A stretch of 20,000 nt of DNA, taken from NCBI GenBank assembly GCA_012862495.1, contig BLSG01000260.1, forward strand, positions 66,672 through 86,671. The letters are read 5' to 3'. The notes beneath the pieces were generated by a model. The model worked only from the letters and a program-made list of their open reading frames with translations, searched no databases and was not told the origin of the DNA. The translations under genes and the position numbers were made by a program. Shown here piece by piece: positions 9,324 to 17,479 of the stretch; the stretch's first letter is position 1; every line of letters begins with the position of its first letter. The stretch is from Thraustochytrium aureum. Taxonomy: Eukaryota.

Positions 9324-10130
9324 ATGGCGCAGTACCTGAGCTCGAGCGAGGTCGAGTTCTTTGCAGAGGATGAGCTGGTTGCGATCGTGCCAAAGTTTGA
9401 GGAGGGCGCGCTGGAGCTGATCTGCGGCAGCTTCGGGCCGTTTGTGCCGCAGACCCCCGTCGAGGTCCCGCTATGGCTCGCCGTGGCGTTGCGCAGGCAG
9501 CAAAAGTGCCAAATACAGTGCCCTGCGTGGATGACTAGGGAGAACTTGGCGCAGGTGAAAGACGCAGAAAAGGGCTCCAGCGTGAGCTCGCTCCAGCGGC
9601 TACCGACGCACTACATCGAGGTGGCCTCGATGCTGCTTCAGCACGGCGCCGACGACATTGCCGACCTGCACCAAGTGCGCTCGCTGCTGGAAGACATCGA
9701 GAATCTTAGACAGCACAAGATCCGCCTCGGCTTGCAAAAGATGGCGGAGGAGCAGATCAACGAGCCGCTGCAGTACCTCAAGCTCAACAACGCTTCGGCG
9801 ATGGAGATCAACGCGATTCGCCCGCTGCTTCTCAAGACGCTGCACAAGTTCTATCGGCTCTACGAGAGCGGGGCGGCCGCCATCGAGGCAGCGCAGGACT
9901 TGCAAGACTACCACGAGTCGGTTCGCGAGACCATGGACGCTCCGCAGGCCGGAGGCAACGGACTCGGCAACAGGACAAGGGCGGCAAACCGCGCCGTGGG
10001 CGCCGGCGCCATGGCGTCACAAGACACCGTGCCCAACTCGCAGACCTCCTATGACTCTGACGACGACCGTTTCGCTGCCGTCTCGCAGGAGGACGACTCT
10101 GGGGGCCGCCTTCGTTCGCTGAGGGCTTAG
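9324..10130 (+). CDS. PSF2: GINS complex subunit Psf2, 268 aa, intronless
   Basis: MAQYLSSSEVEFFAEDELVAIVPKF...LICGSFGPFVPQTPVEVPLWLAVALRRQQKCQI..PAWM, then LPTHYIEVA, VRSLLEDIENLRQHKI and LNN..AMEINAIRP are canonical Psf2/GINS2 motifs. Confidence 0.96.
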   Translation: MAQYLSSSEVEFFAEDELVAIVPKFEEGALELICGSFGPFVPQTPVEVPLWLAVALRRQQKCQIQCPAWMTRENLAQVKDAEKGSSVSSLQRLPTHYIEVASMLLQHGADDIADLHQVRSLLEDIENLRQHKIRLGLQKMAEEQINEPLQYLKLNNASAMEINAIRPLLLKTLHKFYRLYESGAAAIEAAQDLQDYHESVRETMDAPQAGGNGLGNRTRAANRAVGAGAMASQDTVPNSQTSYDSDDDRFAAVSQEDDSGGRLRSLRA

Positions 10131-11055
10131 CGCGCCCCTCTTCGCTTCCTAGAGCGTGCGCGCGAGGCCCACGCAGCACGGAGCGCTGCAGTCAAGTCCG
10201 GATGCGGCCGACGTCGATGTACTCCTCCATCACCAAAACACACAAACGCCTATCTTGCTCACTTTTGTGTCCTCGCCTCGTAAAGCGCGGGGATCGGCGC
10301 AAACCGAGCGCGTAACTTGCCACAGTCTGCCGCAGTCTGTCGCAGTTTGTGCGAGTCGCGACCTTCAGCCGCTTGATTGCCAAGAAGTCACCACAAGATC
10401 ACGGCCGCACACACAAGTCATCCTCGTGCGCCGCACAGCGAGCGCCTTGCCCCGCCCCTCCTCAAGCCGCAAGCCCAGCCGCCCCGTCGGCGGCGCATCA
10501 GCAGAGCGGCAGAGTCAGCACGCCAGGCACCGTCCGCGAGCACCACCTCAGCCCAAAGCCGTCCGCAACAAAGCGGCAAGCAATCACACGGGGAGCGCGA
10601 GAGCGCCAAATGCGTGCGCGAACAGGCGAGCAGGCACGTGTTGCAGCTCTGGCCTGGGCCGATCGGCCTGCGACGGCCTGCGACGGCCGCCATGATCGGC
10701 ATCCTCGGCAAACGCCAATTCTCGGAGCCCTTCAGTCAGAATCAACTCATGGGCGAAGGGCACCAAGACCGTTTCGCCACGCGCTTTGGTGCGCGCCCCG
10801 CGGCACAGCAGGCAGGAGGCCTTGCGCAGATTGGCGGCGGGCGCGCTCGCTCGCTCGCTGGGCCGATACTGCGCGGCCTCGGTCCCGACGGAAGGATTGG
10901 TGTGCTGGCGGAAGGATTGTGGTGATTTTGGGGGGTGAACTGGCTTTGGCCTCCACTACGCGCAGCCTGTCTGAAGGCTGGACGCCGCCGCCAGGTGGAG
11001 CGCTCGGCGCCGGCAAGGGCCCTGCGGGGGTGCCGGAGTGCTGCGAGCGAGTCGG

Positions 11056-11184
11056 NNNNNNNNNNNNNNNNNNNNNNNNNNNNNNNNNNNNNNNNNNNNN
11101 NNNNNNNNNNNNNNNNNNNNNNNNNNNNNNNNNNNNNNNNNNNNNNNNNNNNNNNNNNNNNNNNNNNNNNNNNNNNNNNNNNNN
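11056..11184. other. Assembly gap (129 N)
   Basis: N run. Confidence 0.99.
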
Positions 11185-11323
11185 CGGTCCGGGCAGGCCG
11201 CGGCCAAGACGAGGCGGGGCGGTCAGTTTTTCCCCCCTTTCTCCCTTCCTCCGAGCTACTACTGTCTAGAGGCCGGGTCGGGGCGCTGCGCTGTAGCGCC
11301 TTGGATACGACGCAACCCACAAA

Positions 11324-12770
11324 ATGCCGTGGCGGTGCGACTTTTGCACGTTCATAAACTATTGCGACACGTTTCTGACGTGCGAGATTTGCCAAGCCAA
11401 GCGCGCCGCGCCGACCGCAGCGAGTCCGCCGCCGTTTGACCTCAACTTGACGTCGCAGGACAATGCCGAAGCGTACTTTGAGGGGGCAGACAGCCCGGAC
11501 TGCGTTGATGGGTTTTCCCTCGAGCAGGTCTCCCCGCGCGGCGCTTTCGACAGCAGCGACGACGACAGCTTGGAGGCTGAAGAAGCGCAGATTGGGCGGA
11601 GCGCGCAGAGCGGGGCGAGCCAGCCCTCCGCGGCACACGGCTCCGCCGCGGAGCAAAGCACAAGCGGTGCGAGCCGTCGGCGTCGCGCGAGGCCGCCTGC
11701 TCCCGCAAAGGCGCCGCGCTCCACTGCAGCGCAGCTTGGCGCTTGCAAAGACGAGCGGCTGCAGCTCTTGCAAGAGATCCTCGGGTCGGAGCGCACCTAT
11801 GTGGACTCGCTGTGCGTGTTGGTCACGCACTTCCTGCAGCCTCTGCAGGCTGCTGCCAATGAGGGAAAACCAGTCGTCTCGGACAAGACCATGAACGGGA
11901 TCTTCAGCAACGTGCAACAGCTGATGAGTGTCAACGTGGAGCTGCTGCGGGTGATGGAGATGGAACTCGTGCGGGAGGGCGGCACCCCGCCCAGGCCTCA
12001 CCAACGCTCAAGGCGATCTCTGGCGCTTCGGCGACAGTCACGCTCAAGCGCGGCGAGGAGCTCTCTTCTGCCATCACGAAGGCGTTCAAAGAGATCATCC
12101 CATACTTCAAGATGTACTCGTGCTACGTGAACAACTATGGGTCGGCTGTCAACCTGCTCAAGTCCGAGCAGTCTAGCAACAAGGCCTTCGCGCGGTACCT
12201 TGCCGAGCAGCACTCGCATGCCATCTGCAAGGGCCTCGACCTCGGCGCATACCTGATTATGCCTGTCCAGAGGCTCTGTAAATACCCGCTCTTGTTCGAC
12301 CGGCTCGTGCGCGCTACGCCAAAGGACAATGCCGACTATGCCAGCATCAGCCAGGTGGCCGAGGTGGTCAACCAGATCACCAGCGCCGTGGACCTGGATC
12401 GCGACCGCGCAGAAAAGTCGCTGCGCGGCTTTGAGATCGCCAACTTTATCTCGCTCGAGGCGCTCTCAAAGCGAATGGGGTACAAGGTGCAGCTCATCGA
12501 GCCCGGCCGCGTTTTCAAGTACGAGTGGGAAGGCCTGCTCTCGCGCGTGCAGGCCAAGCGCAGCAGCACCGAGCAAAAGCCCCGCAAGATGTTCCTCTTC
12601 TCCGATGTGCTCATCATCGCGAAAAGGGGGTCCAAGGGCTACGACGCGCGCGCGTGGATGGAGCTGGGCGAGCCGTTTCGGCTCGGCGACCTTCCGCCGC
12701 TCCCAGCGGTAGAGCAGGAGGCGGCCAAGGCGGGAAGCAGAAGCAGCGGCCCGTCCGGCGGAGCGCAGAC
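11324..12770 (+). CDS. Dbl-family RhoGEF (DH-PH) with N-terminal RanBP2/NZF-type zinc finger; one frame break near 11985; 3' end in gap
   Basis: WRCDFCTFIN...CEIC finger. DH start: RLQLLQEILGSERTYVDSL, IFSNVQQL. After a frame change: FKEIIPYFKMYSCYVNNY, LGAYLIMPVQRLCKYPLLF, VN. PH: PGRVFKYEWEG, RKMFLFSDVLIIAK. Confidence 0.9.
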
Positions 12771-13612
12771 NNNNNNNNNNNNNNNNNNNNNNNNNNNNNN
12801 NNNNNNNNNNNNNNNNNNNNNNNNNNNNNNNNNNNNNNNNNNNNNNNNNNNNNNNNNNNNNNNNNNNNNNNNNNNNNNNNNNNNNNNNNNNNNNNNNNNN
12901 NNNNNNNNNNNNNNNNNNNNNNNNNNNNNNNNNNNNNNNNNNNNNNNNNNNNNNNNNNNNNNNNNNNNNNNNNNNNNNNNNNNNNNNNNNNNNNNNNNNN
13001 NNNNNNNNNNNNNNNNNNNNNNNNNNNNNNNNNNNNNNNNNNNNNNNNNNNNNNNNNNNNNNNNNNNNNNNNNNNNNNNNNNNNNNNNNNNNNNNNNNNN
13101 NNNNNNNNNNNNNNNNNNNNNNNNNNNNNNNNNNNNNNNNNNNNNNNNNNNNNNNNNNNNNNNNNNNNNNNNNNNNNNNNNNNNNNNNNNNNNNNNNNNN
13201 NNNNNNNNNNNNNNNNNNNNNNNNNNNNNNNNNNNNNNNNNNNNNNNNNNNNNNNNNNNNNNNNNNNNNNNNNNNNNNNNNNNNNNNNNNNNNNNNNNNN
13301 NNNNNNNNNNNNNNNNNNNNNNNNNNNNNNNNNNNNNNNNNNNNNNNNNNNNNNNNNNNNNNNNNNNNNNNNNNNNNNNNNNNNNNNNNNNNNNNNNNNN
13401 NNNNNNNNNNNNNNNNNNNNNNNNNNNNNNNNNNNNNNNNNNNNNNNNNNNNNNNNNNNNNNNNNNNNNNNNNNNNNNNNNNNNNNNNNNNNNNNNNNNN
13501 NNNNNNNNNNNNNNNNNNNNNNNNNNNNNNNNNNNNNNNNNNNNNNNNNNNNNNNNNNNNNNNNNNNNNNNNNNNNNNNNNNNNNNNNNNNNNNNNNNNN
13601 NNNNNNNNNNNN
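12771..13612. other. Assembly gap (842 N)
   Basis: N run hiding the 3' ends of two convergent genes. Confidence 0.99.
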
Positions 13613-14358
13613 CCTTTGCCCTCGCCGTTGTTGGCCGAGGTCTCTTGCGCTTCGGCGAGGGCCTCGCCGTTGTTGGCCGAGGTCTCCCGCGCGGCTCCTG
13701 CCGCCGCCTCGAGGACGCAGCCAAACGACCGCGACCCGAAGAACGTCAGGTAAGCTGGCAAGCCGGGCTGCGTGGCATGGAACTGCTTTCCGTTCCAGTA
13801 ACGCGCGTCCACAAAGCACTGTGCAATGCGGGCAAAAACAACCATGTGGTCTGCGTCTGCGTCGGTGTCGATGCGCTCCACTGCGCACTCAAGCAGGGCT
13901 ACCGTTCCCTTCACAAAGTGTACCTCGCGCTGGCTCGACCCCTTTGGAGGCCGGTCGAGCGCTGCAGCGCACCACTCCAAGCCATTTATTGTTTCGAATT
14001 TGTCCGCGTCGTTGCCAGAGCAGCTCCCAACGGCCACCAGGGTCTCCTCCATGCCCACCGTGGGCACAGCAAGCTTAAAGTGTGGTTGTCTGGCGAGGCG
14101 GCCTGCCGAGCACCGCTTGCGGTTGACCGACATCATCAGCAGGCCGCGATTATTCACGGGGCTCAGCCAGGAGACTACCATCGCATTCTTCCACGGCTTG
14201 CCCCCTTCTTCGCCCTCGGTGAGAAGCAGGCACACAGGGTTGGTGTACAAGAGCCTCGAGTGCATGTTGCCGTCGCGAACGCAAGTCCAAGGCGTCTCGA
14301 CCACGGGCCGCTCGCGCTTGGCCGCAGCTCGAGCATCCTGCATTTGTTCTGACGCCAT
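13613..14358 (-). CDS. Flavin reductase-like (FMN-binding split barrel) protein; 3' end in gap
   Basis: ATG at 14358. RLLYTNPVCLL, NAMVVSW, SVNRKRCS, VGSCSGNDADKF, ALLECAVE and DHMVVFARI match the flavoredoxin/flavin-reductase pattern. Confidence 0.85.
13620..13686 (-). repeat. 42-bp-period coding repeat (ETSANNGE x2)
   Basis: Identical 25-mer CCTCGCCGTTGTTGGCCGAGGTCTC at 13620-13644 and 13662-13686. Confidence 0.92.
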
Positions 14359-14523
14359 GCTTCCTTGCGGCCCGGCCGTCCACGTCGAGCCCACGAGCCC
14401 TGTCGCCCAGGGAGTCCGTCCAGGCCGCCGTTGCGCTCGCGCACCGGCGAAAACCTCCTTGGCGCAGGCAAACCGAAGCAATCGATCTGCATCCACGCCT
14501 CAAGTCAGGCCGCGCACGCCACA

Positions 14524-14549
14524 AGGCAGGCAGGCAGGCAGGCAGGCAG
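14524..14549. repeat. (AGGC)6 microsatellite
   Basis: Same motif and orientation as 49-80; ends 11 bp before a gap. Confidence 0.93.
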
Positions 14550-14560
14550 CGCAGGCCGAA

Positions 14561-15107
14561 NNNNNNNNNNNNNNNNNNNNNNNNNNNNNNNNNNNNNNNN
14601 NNNNNNNNNNNNNNNNNNNNNNNNNNNNNNNNNNNNNNNNNNNNNNNNNNNNNNNNNNNNNNNNNNNNNNNNNNNNNNNNNNNNNNNNNNNNNNNNNNNN
14701 NNNNNNNNNNNNNNNNNNNNNNNNNNNNNNNNNNNNNNNNNNNNNNNNNNNNNNNNNNNNNNNNNNNNNNNNNNNNNNNNNNNNNNNNNNNNNNNNNNNN
14801 NNNNNNNNNNNNNNNNNNNNNNNNNNNNNNNNNNNNNNNNNNNNNNNNNNNNNNNNNNNNNNNNNNNNNNNNNNNNNNNNNNNNNNNNNNNNNNNNNNNN
14901 NNNNNNNNNNNNNNNNNNNNNNNNNNNNNNNNNNNNNNNNNNNNNNNNNNNNNNNNNNNNNNNNNNNNNNNNNNNNNNNNNNNNNNNNNNNNNNNNNNNN
15001 NNNNNNNNNNNNNNNNNNNNNNNNNNNNNNNNNNNNNNNNNNNNNNNNNNNNNNNNNNNNNNNNNNNNNNNNNNNNNNNNNNNNNNNNNNNNNNNNNNNN
15101 NNNNNNN
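14561..15107. other. Assembly gap (547 N)
   Basis: N run. Confidence 0.99.
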
Positions 15108-15484
15108 GCTCCCTCGCTCCCGCGCTCCGCCCTCCACTCGCCCGCGCGGCAGCCGGCGGCGCAACTGGCGGGCGCTGACCTGGCGGGCGTCAGGGGTCGC
15201 ACCGCGAGGAGCGAGGTAGTCGCCCGGGGAGCAGAGACGGTGCCCAATGGGCGCCGGAGCCGACCAGGCTCGAAGGAAGAAGGCTCGAAGGGCGCGCGGC
15301 AGAGCTCGAAGGCCCGCGAGGACGGCAGGTGGGCGGTCGCGCGTGGTGCGGTCGTTGGGCAGCGTTAGCGGGTGGATGGTGGTGGTCGTTGCCGAGTAGG
15401 CGGGTCTGCGCTCGGTTCGCGCGGCGGTGCGGGGGCGCGTTGGTGGAGGTTGCACGCCTGCCTGCCGCCGGGTGGATGGTCAAG

Positions 15485-16885
15485 ATGGCGTTCGCGTATC
15501 AGGATGAGAAGCATGCGCATGAACACAGGGTGGCGAAGGTGGGGCTGCTGCTGTCGTGTATCCCGCTGCTGTGCGCGATGCTGGGGATGCCGCTGGTGCT
15601 GGAGAAGAGCTACGGGTCGTTCGGCGAGGACCTCGTGGCCATGCCCGGGCTCGACTCGATGGACATTGCTAGCGAGAGCGACGCCCTCGTGCCGCAGGTA
15701 TGGTTGAGGCCCAAGGTGTTTGAAAAGGCCTCTTGCGAGTTTGTGCCCCGCGCGGACCTGACCATGCCGCCAAAGATCAAGTTCATCCGCGTCATCGGCG
15801 AGCGCAACTCTGGCGTCGACAACGTAGCCGAAGCGCTGGCCAAGATGTTCCCGAATGTCACCGTAGGCACCGGGTTCACGCGCGGCAAGTATTGGTTCCA
15901 GCAAGAAAAACTGCTCCAGGAGTGGGACGAGCGCGTCGACCTCGGCAGGGTGCTCGTCGTGGTTGTCCTGCGCAATTCGTACGACTGGCTCCGCATGCTG
16001 CGGCGCATGCCAATTCACGCCCCGAGCCACGTGATGCGCCACGACTGGCGCACGTTCCTGACCAAGACCTGGACTACCCGGACCTCGAGCGTGGACAAGG
16101 AGATTTCCAAGGTGAACGGGGTCAAGTGCCAGGCCAAGTTCCTTGCAGGCGAGGTGATCCCCTGCCGCCAGTCGCGATTCAACATGCCGAACACGCCGTC
16201 CACCCCGCAACGGCAGCGCCGCAACATGACCCCCGTCTACGAGACCAACCCGCTGACGATGCTACCGTTCAACAACGTGATGGAGCTCCGCAAGCACAAG
16301 CTCCTCAACTACGCCAACATGACCACCTGGGTGCCAAAAATATCCTTTGTCAAGGTCGAGAGCCTTTTCGAGCTTTCGGGGGTCGCCAAGCTCCGCACGG
16401 TTCTCGCCAAGAACTACAACCTCGCCGTCTGCTCGACGTACGGTGGCGCCCCCGTCGGGTTCATCGACCCGTTCATGCGCCATCCGGTCTCGACCCTCGA
16501 GGAGATCGACTTTGTGTCGTGCAACGTGGACTGGGCTGCGGAGAACCTTTTCGGCTACACCAAGGTCAAGCCGGCCGCGGCGGCCTCGAACGAGGCTTGC
16601 TCGCCAGACCCCAGCGCTGCGCGCTTTGCAGGCAAGACTTACCCTGTCATGGAGGACGGCGACGAGGACCCTGACCGCGTGGCGGACGGCGCGCTCGCCA
16701 CGCCCTCGCACAACAAGTCGACGCGGACCAGCGGGAGTAGCCAGTCAAAGAGCTCGTCCGGCAAGGGCAGGAGCAGCAGTTCGAAGAGCGCTCGCAACAA
16801 GGGGAGCAGCGCCGCAGCTAGCCCGCCTACCACAGTCGTTCCCGCGGAGGGGAGCGGCGACGAGGACGTTGTAGTGGCCCCGTGA
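15485..16885 (+). CDS. Sulfotransferase-like P-loop protein, predicted type II membrane, with Ser/Lys-rich tail
   Basis: Hydrophobic anchor VGLLLSCIPLLCAMLGMPLVL, 5'-PSB-like IRVIGERNSG and 3'-PB-like VVVVLRNSYDWL, with a late VKVESL strand. Strong C/G third-position bias. An alternative ATG lies at 15476. Confidence 0.68.
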   Translation: MAFAYQDEKHAHEHRVAKVGLLLSCIPLLCAMLGMPLVLEKSYGSFGEDLVAMPGLDSMDIASESDALVPQVWLRPKVFEKASCEFVPRADLTMPPKIKFIRVIGERNSGVDNVAEALAKMFPNVTVGTGFTRGKYWFQQEKLLQEWDERVDLGRVLVVVVLRNSYDWLRMLRRMPIHAPSHVMRHDWRTFLTKTWTTRTSSVDKEISKVNGVKCQAKFLAGEVIPCRQSRFNMPNTPSTPQRQRRNMTPVYETNPLTMLPFNNVMELRKHKLLNYANMTTWVPKISFVKVESLFELSGVAKLRTVLAKNYNLAVCSTYGGAPVGFIDPFMRHPVSTLEEIDFVSCNVDWAAENLFGYTKVKPAAAASNEACSPDPSAARFAGKTYPVMEDGDEDPDRVADGALATPSHNKSTRTSGSSQSKSSSGKGRSSSSKSARNKGSSAAASPPTTVVPAEGSGDEDVVVAP

Positions 16886-17074
16886 GGGAGGGCTCCACCT
16901 TGTTGCAGGTATTGCCTCTCAAGAGCGAGTCTCTGTAGGTCTCTCTAGAGAGCGCAAAGGGCGGCACCCCGTGCCTGCAGGGCCCACTTGTGCCTGCTTG
17001 GCCCCCGTGCGCCTGCCGCGCCGCGCGGCGCCCTCTGCACGAGCCAACTTGTTTCTAGCTAAAACTTTAAAGTT

Positions 17075-17479
17075 NNNNNNNNNNNNNNNNNNNNNNNNNN
17101 NNNNNNNNNNNNNNNNNNNNNNNNNNNNNNNNNNNNNNNNNNNNNNNNNNNNNNNNNNNNNNNNNNNNNNNNNNNNNNNNNNNNNNNNNNNNNNNNNNNN
17201 NNNNNNNNNNNNNNNNNNNNNNNNNNNNNNNNNNNNNNNNNNNNNNNNNNNNNNNNNNNNNNNNNNNNNNNNNNNNNNNNNNNNNNNNNNNNNNNNNNNN
17301 NNNNNNNNNNNNNNNNNNNNNNNNNNNNNNNNNNNNNNNNNNNNNNNNNNNNNNNNNNNNNNNNNNNNNNNNNNNNNNNNNNNNNNNNNNNNNNNNNNNN
17401 NNNNNNNNNNNNNNNNNNNNNNNNNNNNNNNNNNNNNNNNNNNNNNNNNNNNNNNNNNNNNNNNNNNNNNNNNNNNNNN
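17075..17479. other. Assembly gap (405 N)
   Basis: N run containing the USP 3' end. Confidence 0.99.

Noticed and set aside
10156..11055. Several overlapping 60-300 aa ORFs between PSF2 and the RhoGEF, plus small repeats (GGCCTGCGAC x2, CGGAAGGATTG x2)
   Set aside because: Ala/Arg/Pro-rich translations with no motif or consistent frame; most likely GC-rich intergenic or UTR sequence.
11940..12000. Canonical programmed -1 ribosomal frameshift site
   Set aside because: No X_XXY_YYZ slippery heptamer here, and the four frame breaks share no common motif or adjacent-stop pattern.
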